Of a DNA stretch of 36,236 nt, positions 19,869 through 27,883 are shown piece after piece. The translations under genes and the position numbers were made by a program. The stretch's first letter is position 1. The number at the start of each line of letters is the position of its first letter. The notes under the pieces were generated by a model. It saw only the letters and a program-made list of their open reading frames with translations. It made no database searches and had not been told where the DNA came from. The DNA lies in contig DATIOH010000166.1 of the NCBI GenBank assembly GCA_035473375.1, positions 1-36,236 of the forward strand, given 5' to 3'. This DNA comes from Nocardioidaceae bacterium (GTDB lineage Bacteria; Actinomycetota; Actinomycetes; Propionibacteriales; Nocardioidaceae).

Positions 19869-22589
19869 GTGACCGACTCTGCGCAGACCAGCGAGCAGAC
19901 GACCGAGGCCGCCGAGCCGGGGCCTAGCCGGCTCCTGCTGCTCGACGGGCACTCGCTGGCCTACCGGGCGTTCTTCGCGCTTCCGGTCGAGAACTTCTCC
20001 ACCACCACCGGCCAGCACACCAACGCCGTCTACGGCTTCACCTCCATGCTCATCAACGTCCTGCGCGACGAGCAGCCGACCCACATCGCGGTCGCCTTCG
20101 ACGTGTCGCGCGAGACGTTCCGTTTGCAGGAGTACTCCGAGTACAAGGCCAACCGCTCGAAGAGCCCGCCCGAGTTCGGTGGCCAGGTGTCGCTCGTCAA
20201 GGAGGTCCTCGAGGCGCTCCGGGTCGTGGCGATCGAGAAGGACGGCTACGAGGCTGACGATGTCATCGCGACACTGGCCACGCAGGCGGCGGCCGAGGGC
20301 CTCGACGTCCTGATCTGCACAGGCGATCGCGATGCGTTCCAGCTGATCAGCGACCAGGTCACCGTGCTCTACCCGCGACGGGGCGTCTCCGACCTCGCCC
20401 GGATGACACCCGACGCGGTCCAAGAGCGCTACGGCGTCGGGCCCGAGCAGTACCCCGACCTCGCCGCCATGGTCGGCGAGTCGAGCGACAACCTGCCCGG
20501 CGTGCCGGGCGTCGGTCCCAAGACCGCGGCGAAGTGGATCAACCAGTTCGGGTCGCTCGACGACATCGTGGCCCGCGTCGACGAGGTCGGCGGCAAGGCC
20601 GGCGAGAGCCTGCGCGAGCATCTCGCCGACGTGATCCGCAATCGCCGCATCAACGAGCTGGTCCGCGACCTCGACCTCCCGCTCACCGTGCCCGATCTCA
20701 AGCAGCAGCCGTGGAACCGCGACGAGGTGCACACCATCTTCGACGGCCACGAGTTCCGGGTGCTGCGCGACCGGCTGTTCGAGACGCTGTCGGCCGACGA
20801 GCCCGTCATCGAAGAGGCGGCCGATCTCGACGGGCGGGTTCTGGGCGCCGGCGAGGTCGAGCCGTGGCTCGTCGAGCACGTTGGGGCCGAGACTCTGGTC
20901 GGCGTCTTCGTCGAAGGGCATTGGGGCGGCGGCACCGGCCAGGCCCATGCGGTTGCCCTCGCGACGCCGGCCGCGGTCGCCGCACGGATCGACCTGGCCG
21001 AGATTCTGCCCGCCGACGAGGCGGCGCTCGCAGGCTGGCTGGCAGCCGCCGACCGCCGCAAGGCCTTCCACGATGCGAAGGGCCCGCTACTTGCCCTCGA
21101 CGCTCGCGGGCTGTCGGTCGCCGGCGTCGCCGCCGACACCGCGCTCTCGGCGTACCTCTCGCACCCCGACCAGCGGTCGTACGACCTCGCCGATCTGACG
21201 CTTCGCTATCTGCACCGCGAGCTGAAGTCGGCCGACGCCGATGCCGACCAGCTCACCTTCGAGCTCGACGGCGACACGGCCGCGGCCGAAGAGTCGATGC
21301 GCAAGGCACACGCGGTCGTCGATCTCGCGGCGGCGCTCGAGAGCGAACTCGAGACGCGCGGCGGTTCGAGCCTGCTCGCCGACGTCGAGCTGCCGCTGGT
21401 CGACGTGCTCCGGCGCATGGAGCAGACGGGTGTGGCTGTCGACGTCGGTCACCTCACGTCGCTCGAGGCCGAGTTCGCGGGCCAGGTCAAGCAGGCGGCC
21501 GACGATGCGTACGAAGTCATCGGCAAGCAGATCAACCTCGGGTCGCCGAAACAGCTGCAGGTCGTTCTGTTCGACGAGCTCGGCATGCCGAAGACCAAGC
21601 GCACCAAGACCGGCTACACCACCGACGCCGAGGCGCTGCAGAGCCTTTACGAGAAGACCGAGCACCCGTTCCTCCAGCACATGCTCCGGCATCGCGATGT
21701 CACCCGCCTGCGTCAGACGGTCGAGGGCCTCCTCAAGACGGTCGCCGACGACGAGCGCATCCACACGACGTACAACCAGATGATCGCCGCGACGGGGCGG
21801 CTGTCGTCGACCGAGCCCAACCTGCAGAACATCCCGATCCGCACCGAGGAGGGCCGTCGCATTCGCGAGGCCTTTATCGTCGGCGACGGATACGAGACGC
21901 TGCTGACCGCCGACTACAGCCAGATCGAGATGCGGATCATGGCCGACGTCTCCGACGACGTTGGGCTGATCGAGGCGTTCAACTCGGGGGCCGACTTCCA
22001 CTCGGTCACCGCCTCGCGGGTCTTCACCGTTCCGGCCGACGAGGTGACGCTCGGTCAACGGTCCAAGATCAAGGCGATGAACTACGGGCTGGCCTACGGG
22101 CTGTCGGCGTTCGGGCTGAGCCAGCAGCTCAAGATCGACACGTCGGAGGCACGGGTCCTGATGGACGAGTACTTCGAGTCGTTCGGCGGTGTGCGCGACT
22201 ACCTCAGGGGCGTCGTCGACGATGCGCGGCGCACTGGCTTCACCGAGACCCTGCTCGGGCGTCGCCGCTATCTGCCCGATCTGACGAGCGACAACCGGCA
22301 GCGTCGCGAGATGGCCGAGCGGATGGCGCTCAACGCCCCCATCCAGGGATCGGCGGCCGACATCATCAAGGTCGCGATGCTCCGGATCGATCGTGCGATC
22401 GCCGACGAGGGACTGTCGTCGCGGATGCTCCTGCAGGTGCACGACGAGCTCGTGTTCGAGGTCGCGACCGGCGAGCGCGACACCGTCGAGCGCCTCGTGC
22501 GCCGCGAGATGGGTGCTGCGGCCGACCTCAGGGTGCCGCTCGAGGTCTCGGTCGGCATCGGTCGCACCTGGCACGAGGCCGGCCACTGA
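19869..22589 (+). CDS. polA: DNA polymerase I
   Basis: The N-terminal 5'-nuclease region reads LLLLDGHSLAYRAFFALP. Polymerase motifs are ADYSQIEMRIMA, RSKIKAMNYGLAYG and LQVHDELVFE. The GTG start at 19869 was chosen, GTG 19839 is an alternative, and the ORF upstream of that overlaps the thioesterase gene. Confidence 0.94.
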   Translation: MTDSAQTSEQTTEAAEPGPSRLLLLDGHSLAYRAFFALPVENFSTTTGQHTNAVYGFTSMLINVLRDEQPTHIAVAFDVSRETFRLQEYSEYKANRSKSPPEFGGQVSLVKEVLEALRVVAIEKDGYEADDVIATLATQAAAEGLDVLICTGDRDAFQLISDQVTVLYPRRGVSDLARMTPDAVQERYGVGPEQYPDLAAMVGESSDNLPGVPGVGPKTAAKWINQFGSLDDIVARVDEVGGKAGESLREHLADVIRNRRINELVRDLDLPLTVPDLKQQPWNRDEVHTIFDGHEFRVLRDRLFETLSADEPVIEEAADLDGRVLGAGEVEPWLVEHVGAETLVGVFVEGHWGGGTGQAHAVALATPAAVAARIDLAEILPADEAALAGWLAAADRRKAFHDAKGPLLALDARGLSVAGVAADTALSAYLSHPDQRSYDLADLTLRYLHRELKSADADADQLTFELDGDTAAAEESMRKAHAVVDLAAALESELETRGGSSLLADVELPLVDVLRRMEQTGVAVDVGHLTSLEAEFAGQVKQAADDAYEVIGKQINLGSPKQLQVVLFDELGMPKTKRTKTGYTTDAEALQSLYEKTEHPFLQHMLRHRDVTRLRQTVEGLLKTVADDERIHTTYNQMIAATGRLSSTEPNLQNIPIRTEEGRRIREAFIVGDGYETLLTADYSQIEMRIMADVSDDVGLIEAFNSGADFHSVTASRVFTVPADEVTLGQRSKIKAMNYGLAYGLSAFGLSQQLKIDTSEARVLMDEYFESFGGVRDYLRGVVDDARRTGFTETLLGRRRYLPDLTSDNRQRREMAERMALNAPIQGSAADIIKVAMLRIDRAIADEGLSSRMLLQVHDELVFEVATGERDTVERLVRREMGAAADLRVPLEVSVGIGRTWHEAGH

Positions 22590-22649
22590 TGGCCGCCACG
22601 GCCCCAAACTGGAGCCACTTTGGCGCAACTCTTGGAAGTGTCGTGCGGC

Positions 22650-23501
22650 CTATCCAGCGACGGCGGACAGGGTCTCCCCGGCGGGCGCTTCGATCTTGAC
22701 CGTGAAGAGGGCGTCGGCGCGGGTGACGCCGAGGTTGACGGCGGCGATGGGCTTCGCCATCCGGTCGGCGGCGAGCGCGTAACGGTAGCCCGAGTGCACC
22801 ATCAGCGAGCTCCCAACGACCAGCAGCGCGTCGGACGTCTCGAGGGCCGCGGTGGCCTGCTGGTGCCGCCAAGGCGGCACGCTCTCGCCGAAGAACACGA
22901 CGTCGGGCTTGACCGTCCCCTGGCACGACGGGCAGACCGGCACCTCGAAGCGGCCGAAGTCGACCCCGTCGAGGTCGGCGTCGCCGTCCGGCGCGCTCGG
23001 TGCGTCGAGGGCGGTCCACTCTGCGTTGAGGCGTTCGAGGCGGCGCTGCCATTCGTCGCGTCGGCCGCCCTGCCGGCACGACAGGCAGACGACTCGGTCG
23101 ATCCGACCATGGAGGTCGATGACGCGGCGTGATCCCGCGGCCTGATGCAGGCCGTCGACGTTCTGCGTGGCGAGCAGACTGACTTTCCCTGACTCCTCAA
23201 GTCGGGCGAGGGCGTGGTGGCACGCATTGGGTGCGGCGGAACCCATGCCTCGCCAGCCGATCAGGCTGCGTGCCCAGTACCGCGCTCGCACCTCGGGGTC
23301 GCGCTTGAACGCCGCAAACTGCACCGGCTGCTGCCGCTTCCAGGAGCCGTCGAGGTTGCGATAGTCGGGGATGCCCGACTCGGTGCTGCAACCAGCGCCG
23401 GTCAGGACGAAGACCCGTCGATGCCGGTCGAGGAACTCACGAAGGCTGGCCACGTCATCGCCTCCGGACTCGCGAGGCTGTGGTTGGAGGACGACGCTCA
23501 T
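22650..23501 (-). CDS. Sir2-family NAD-dependent protein deacylase (sirtuin)
   Basis: Motifs present are VLTGAGCSTESGIPDYR, ATQNVDGLHQAAGS and IDLHGRIDRVVCLSCRQ...CPSCQGTVKPDVVFFGE (a Cys4 Zn ribbon). These are canonical sirtuin motifs. Confidence 0.9.
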   Translation of the reverse strand: MSVVLQPQPRESGGDDVASLREFLDRHRRVFVLTGAGCSTESGIPDYRNLDGSWKRQQPVQFAAFKRDPEVRARYWARSLIGWRGMGSAAPNACHHALARLEESGKVSLLATQNVDGLHQAAGSRRVIDLHGRIDRVVCLSCRQGGRRDEWQRRLERLNAEWTALDAPSAPDGDADLDGVDFGRFEVPVCPSCQGTVKPDVVFFGESVPPWRHQQATAALETSDALLVVGSSLMVHSGYRYALAADRMAKPIAAVNLGVTRADALFTVKIEAPAGETLSAVAG

Positions 23502-23544
23502 GGCGTCGTCGAGCGTACCCGCCGAGTGGGAACCCGAGCCGACG

Positions 23545-24960
23545 TCAGCGCGGACGCATGCCGAGCGTGATTTGCGTCTGGACGGGCACCACGGTTCCCA
23601 CGGACTGGGACTGACGCTGAACCTCGAGCGTCAGTCCGATCGGGCCGGTGTACGGGCGGCGCTCTGGCACGAGCCGGTGACCGTAGACGGCCGTCTCAAG
23701 GCGTTCGCCGGCAAGACCGACGAACTGCGGCACGATCGTGTAGTTCGCGGGGAGGACCGTGATGGACCCGATGATCCGGTCGAGTGTCTGCTTCGACCGC
23801 GTGGTCACCGACATGCCGAAGCCGAGCTCCGGCGCCGAGGTGTAGGCGACGTAGCGCCCGTGGCGATGGGTCGGCGTCGTGACCAAGAACTCGCCAGCGT
23901 GGGCGAGGCGCGGCCCGAAGTCTCCCTGCACCTCTGGCTCGCCGGCGATGTCGCGGTTGAACGACACTGCCGAGAGTCCGGTGGGAATTGTCTTGTCGTC
24001 GCACAGACGCGCCGTGCTGGGTGCCGGAAAGATCACCGCGTTCCGGGTGATTGCGCCGCACGTCGACGCCACCTGCACCCACGACGACGGCACCGCCAAG
24101 ACAACCGTCTGATAGCCGACGAGCTTGCGATGTGGCCCGACGTCGGGAAGCGACGGCTGCTGCGGCTCCGGGACCCAGCCCGGCAACTCGGACGGAACGC
24201 CCGACGACGTCGCGGTCGGACGTGCCTCCTCGTCGCTTGATGCGAGAACCGATACCCCGACAGCAGAGACGAGCACCACGGCGACGGCTCCGGCCGCTGT
24301 CGCCAGCAGCCAGGCGTGCCGCCGGCGCGAGTCAAGAGCGACCGTGCGCTCGACGACGGCCGTGGTGGGTGGCCGGACCGCGTCCTGTGCCGTGAACAGC
24401 GCTGCCAGCTGCCGTTGGACGTCGGGGTCGACGTCGGTGTCTCTGTCGCCCTCGTGCGCACGGCGGGCGACAGACTGGGCGACAGATTGGGCGATGAGGC
24501 CGTCCGCGGTATCGAGGTCGCGGTCGACATCCGCCTTCGAGCGGCCGAGCGAGGCAGCCACGGATGTGCTGTCCATGCCGATGCGACCGCGCAGAACGAT
24601 CGCGGCCCGCTCGAGCTCGGTCAGCTGCGAAAGGCCTTCCCAGAGGCCGAGCGGGTCGTCGGCCGACGGGAGCGGATGGGCGTCGACCTCCTGCAGATGC
24701 AGCCCGCCGTCGCGGCTCCACGATCTCTCGCGAGTGCGCACGTGCCTGCGCGCCACGGCGACGGCGACGCGTCGGTCAGCACCGGCGACGTCCTGTCCCG
24801 GCGTGCGCACGGCGGCAGCCAACCCGTGCGCGGCGAGCTCTTGAGCGCTCACCCAGTCGCCGGCGAGCAGGTAGGCAGTAACGAGCGCCGAGTGCGCGTG
24901 CCTCGACGCGAACTCCTCGACGCCCGCACGGTCGGTCGGGCGGTCAGCCATCGCCTCCAT
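23545..24960 (-). CDS. membrane-anchored sigma-like protein: degenerate SigE-family ECF sigma domain + TM helix + extracytoplasmic domain with a PASTA-like C-terminus
   Basis: The region-2-like part is FASRHAHSALVTAYLLAGDWVSAQELAAHGLAAAV. The region-4-like part is LWEGLSQLTELERAAIVLRGRIGMDSTSVAASLGRSKADVDRDL. The TM helix is AWLLATAAGAVAVVLVSAVGVSVLA. The C-terminus is YTIVPQFVGLAGERLETAVYGHRLV...LEVQRQSQSVGTVVPVQTQITLGM. The start is uncertain (ATG 24960 or 24951, ORF opens at 24996). Confidence 0.65.
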   Translation of the reverse strand: MEAMADRPTDRAGVEEFASRHAHSALVTAYLLAGDWVSAQELAAHGLAAAVRTPGQDVAGADRRVAVAVARRHVRTRERSWSRDGGLHLQEVDAHPLPSADDPLGLWEGLSQLTELERAAIVLRGRIGMDSTSVAASLGRSKADVDRDLDTADGLIAQSVAQSVARRAHEGDRDTDVDPDVQRQLAALFTAQDAVRPPTTAVVERTVALDSRRRHAWLLATAAGAVAVVLVSAVGVSVLASSDEEARPTATSSGVPSELPGWVPEPQQPSLPDVGPHRKLVGYQTVVLAVPSSWVQVASTCGAITRNAVIFPAPSTARLCDDKTIPTGLSAVSFNRDIAGEPEVQGDFGPRLAHAGEFLVTTPTHRHGRYVAYTSAPELGFGMSVTTRSKQTLDRIIGSITVLPANYTIVPQFVGLAGERLETAVYGHRLVPERRPYTGPIGLTLEVQRQSQSVGTVVPVQTQITLGMRPR

Positions 24961-25033
24961 TGTCGTCGGACCGCTGTGCCGGTGGCATTGCACCAACGGA
25001 CGAGGTCGGCCCGCGCTGTGGCAGGGTTGACGC

Positions 25034-26023
25034 GTGGCTCAGGCGAAGGTCGGATATGCAGCGGCGCTCGAGCAATTCACGCCGGCGGAGATCGTCGAGT
25101 TGTGCGAGTCCTCCGAGCGGCACGGATTCACGGGCACGATGGCGGCCGACCATCTCCAGCCATGGGTGCCGCAACAGGGCCAGGCGTCCTACGTATGGGC
25201 GGTGTTGAGCGCCGTCGGCCAGCGGACGTCGGGAGACCTCGGCCCCGGGGTCACCTGCCCCAGCTTCCGCCAGCATCCCGTGATCGTCGCGCAGGCCGCA
25301 GCGACCCTGGAGGCTTTGTACCCGGGGCGGACCTGGCTCGGCCTCGGCTCCGGCGAGGCGCTCAACGAGTCGGTTTTCGGTGGCTACTGGCCTGAGGCTC
25401 CCGAGCGGATCCGGATGATGTTCGAGGCCGTCGAGGTGATCCAGCAGCTGTTCTCCGGCAAGGACGGCAAGCACGCGGGGGAGTTCTTCAAGCACCACAC
25501 CATGCGTCTCTGGACGATGCCTGCGCCGCCCCCGCCGATCCTGATCGCGACGGCGGGGCCGATCACGGCCAAGCGGGCCGGGGCCAGGTGCGACGGAGTC
25601 ATTACGCCGGGCGCGACCGTCGAGAAGGTCGCCGGGGTCTTCGCCAAGTTCGACGAGGGCGCGCGCGGCGCCGGCAAGGATCCGTCGTCGAGTGCCAAGG
25701 TCCTGCAGCTCCACCTCTCGTGGGCATCGACGGACGAGGAGGCTCTCGCGAACGCGATGCTCGAGTGGCCCAACGGCGGCATGCACTTCTCCAAGCAGGA
25801 CGTCCGCTCGCCCCACGACTTCGCCGCAATGGCCTCGCTCGTGCGGCCGGAGGACTTCGAGGGTCGGATGCTCGTGTCGACTGACCCCGACCGGCACCGG
25901 GCCGAGATCCAGAAGTTCTTTGACGCCGGTGCGACGCAGGTCTACCTCCACAACGTCGGCCGAAACCAGGCCGAGTGGATGGAGGTCTTCGGCACGGACG
26001 TGCTGCCGAAGCTGCATCGCTGA
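25034..26023 (+). CDS. fgd: F420-dependent glucose-6-phosphate dehydrogenase (luciferase-like monooxygenase class)
   Basis: The N-terminus is MAQAKVGYAAALEQFTPAEIVELCESSERHGFTGTMAADHLQPW and LGLGSGEALNE is present. As I recall it, this is closely collinear with mycobacterial Fgd1 (LKLGYKASAEQF...SDHFQPW...GVGTGEALNE). Confidence 0.86.
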   Translation: MAQAKVGYAAALEQFTPAEIVELCESSERHGFTGTMAADHLQPWVPQQGQASYVWAVLSAVGQRTSGDLGPGVTCPSFRQHPVIVAQAAATLEALYPGRTWLGLGSGEALNESVFGGYWPEAPERIRMMFEAVEVIQQLFSGKDGKHAGEFFKHHTMRLWTMPAPPPPILIATAGPITAKRAGARCDGVITPGATVEKVAGVFAKFDEGARGAGKDPSSSAKVLQLHLSWASTDEEALANAMLEWPNGGMHFSKQDVRSPHDFAAMASLVRPEDFEGRMLVSTDPDRHRAEIQKFFDAGATQVYLHNVGRNQAEWMEVFGTDVLPKLHR

Positions 26024-26028
26024 CTTCC

Positions 26029-26070
26029 GCGAGCGGTCAGGTTCTCGGCGCGAGCGGTCAGGTTCTCGGC
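26029..26070 (+). repeat. perfect 2 x 21-bp tandem duplication in the fgd / flavin-reductase intergenic spacer
   Basis: The unit gcgagcggtcaggttctcggc occurs at 26029-26049 and again at 26050-26070, with no mismatch. Confidence 0.95.
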
Positions 26071-26090
26071 AGCGTCCGTACGCTGAGGCG

Positions 26091-26612
26091 ATGACGATCC
26101 ACGGCGACCACCCGTTCGCCGACCCCGATGCCGAGCGTGATCCCGCGCGACGGCTGCGTGGCCGACTCGGCGGCGCGGTGTCGCTGTGGACCAGCGAGAC
26201 GACCGATCATCGCGGGCGCACCGGGCTCACGGTGTCGTCGCTGATGGTCGCCGCCGGCGAGCCGGCTCATGTCCTGGCGTTGATCGACCCCGAGTCTGAC
26301 CTCGCCATCGCGCTCGACTCGTCCGGGCGCGCGGTCGTGCAGATCCTGGAGTGGCGCCATCAGCAGCTCGCGGAGGCCTTTGCCGGCCGCTTCCCGGCGC
26401 CCGGCGGACCGTTCCGCATGGGGGAGTGGGAAGACACTCGCTGGGGCCCGCGGCTGGCAGACGTGTCGACGTGGGCCGGCGTCCGGATCGAGGCCGAGGT
26501 GCGGCGGGTCGGCTGGTACGCCCTGGTCGACGCCGTGGTCGAGTCTGTCGAGGTCGGCGACGGCGAGCCGTCCCTCGTTCACCGCCGCGGCAGCTATGAG
26601 CGCGGTACGTAA
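26091..26612 (+). CDS. flavin reductase-like (FMN-binding split-barrel) family protein
   Basis: An internal ATG at 26091 gives MTIHGDHPFADPDAERDPARRLRGRLGGAVSLWTS...GLTVSSLMVA...WGPRL. This resembles the small flavin reductase domain family. The assignment rests on general pattern only. Confidence 0.65.
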   Translation: MTIHGDHPFADPDAERDPARRLRGRLGGAVSLWTSETTDHRGRTGLTVSSLMVAAGEPAHVLALIDPESDLAIALDSSGRAVVQILEWRHQQLAEAFAGRFPAPGGPFRMGEWEDTRWGPRLADVSTWAGVRIEAEVRRVGWYALVDAVVESVEVGDGEPSLVHRRGSYERGT

Positions 26613-26616
26613 GCCG

Positions 26617-27507
26617 TCAGGCGACGGCGAGCGCCTCGCGCATCGCGGCGAGATGCGCGGGGGTCGATCCGCAGCATGCCCCGATCAGGTCGATTCCGAT
26701 GCCGTGCAGCCGACGTGCGTGGTCTGCGAGGTCTGACACGGGGACGTCATAGCCGAAGCGGTCGCCCATGAGCACCGGCAGCCCCGCGTTCGACTGCGCG
26801 ATCAGCAGGACGTCTGAGCCCTCTGGCCGGGCCGCGGCGAGCTGCTCGGCGATCTGCTCCATCTCCTCGAGCCCGCGGCCGCAGTTGGCTCCGGCGGCCT
26901 CGACGCCCGACTCGGCGAGCGACACGACGGCCTGAGCCGGTGTCACGCCCATCATCGTGCGCAGATTGGTGTCGAAGCTCAGGGTCGCGATCGTCGGCAG
27001 GTCGGGTGCGACTGCCCGGGCGGCGTCGACGGCCGCGGAGACCTCGCCGAGGTCGCTCATCGTCTCGATCAGGACGAGGTCGATGCCGCCGGCGACCAGG
27101 CCGGTCAGCTGCTCCTCGAAGATCGCCTGCGCGTCGGCTGGGTCGAGCGTTCCGAGCGGGCTGAGGAGCTCGCCGGTCGGGCCAAGATCGCCCGCGACCA
27201 GAGCTCCGTGCTCGGCTGCGACTGATCGCGCGATCTCGGCGGCTGCGCGATTCAGCTCGACGACCCGATCGCCGAGGCCGTGCATCGCAAGGCGCGGACG
27301 AGTGCCGCCGAAAGTGTTGGTGGTGAGGACGGCCGCCCCGGCCGCGGCGTACTCCTCATGAATCGCGCGGATCTTCTCGGGCTCCTCGACGTTCCACAGC
27401 TCGCCTGGCCGCCCCTCGTCGAGGCCGCGTTCCTGCAGCAGCGTGCCCATGCCGCCGTCGAATAGCACCCACTCGCGTCCGTCGAGCAGCTTCGCCAGCC
27501 TGTTCAC
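26617..27507 (-). CDS. homocysteine S-methyltransferase domain protein (stand-alone MetH N-terminal / MmuM-like)
   Basis: A GTG start at 27507 gives VNRLAKLLDGREWVLFDGGMGTLLQERG, followed by AGAAVLTTNTFGGT. Zn-ligand cysteines are in GANCGRG and IGACCGSTPAHL. The longer ORF upstream is Arg/Gly-rich and overlaps the next gene. Confidence 0.85.
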   Translation of the reverse strand: MNRLAKLLDGREWVLFDGGMGTLLQERGLDEGRPGELWNVEEPEKIRAIHEEYAAAGAAVLTTNTFGGTRPRLAMHGLGDRVVELNRAAAEIARSVAAEHGALVAGDLGPTGELLSPLGTLDPADAQAIFEEQLTGLVAGGIDLVLIETMSDLGEVSAAVDAARAVAPDLPTIATLSFDTNLRTMMGVTPAQAVVSLAESGVEAAGANCGRGLEEMEQIAEQLAAARPEGSDVLLIAQSNAGLPVLMGDRFGYDVPVSDLADHARRLHGIGIDLIGACCGSTPAHLAAMREALAVA

Positions 27508-27818
27508 GACGCGTCCTGGCGATCGTCGGCCAGCCCCGCGAGAAAGGCGTCGACTGCCTCCGGCGGCCACTGCCGCTCGAGATCGGCCGCCACTTGCTCC
27601 GCCACGTCTGCCGTCGTTCCGTCGAGCACCGTCCAGACAGTGCGTCGCCAGCCGGCGAGATAGGCGTCTGCGTCGGTGTCGCCGAGCCGCATCGCGGCCT
27701 CGTCGATGGCCTCCTGGAAGCGCTGTGGAAGGGGGCTCTTCGCGATGACGTCTCCCTCGCGCGCGACCACGAGCGACGGCAACTCTCGCCAATAGGTGAT
27801 CTGATACTCCGCCACCAC
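27504..27818 (-). CDS. small conserved protein of unknown function, translationally coupled to the homocysteine methyltransferase (possibly the family annotated 'virulence factor', PF13769-like)
   Basis: The 104-aa product begins MVAEYQITYWRELPSLVVAREGDVIAKSPLPQRFQEAIDEAAM and has G/C-rich third positions. Its TGA overlaps the downstream GTG as GTGA (27504-27507). The family name is from memory and was not verified. Confidence 0.6.
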   Translation of the reverse strand: MVAEYQITYWRELPSLVVAREGDVIAKSPLPQRFQEAIDEAAMRLGDTDADAYLAGWRRTVWTVLDGTTADVAEQVAADLERQWPPEAVDAFLAGLADDRQDAS

Positions 27819-27883
27819 GCCAGGCTAAACCTGCCAAGCGCGGCCGACTCAGACCGTCCAGATGGCGGCGCCAGGATGGTCGG

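Noticed and set aside
22650-23501. The Sir2-domain protein as a possible anti-phage NADase (Thoeris, DSR or SIR2-HerA type).
   Set aside because: It has the full canonical deacylase motif set (GAGxS-type loop, QNVDGLH, HG, Cys4 zinc ribbon) and a normal size of about 280 aa. It has no fused or adjacent TIR, HerA, pAgo, SLOG or helicase partner, so it is consistent with a housekeeping CobB-like sirtuin.
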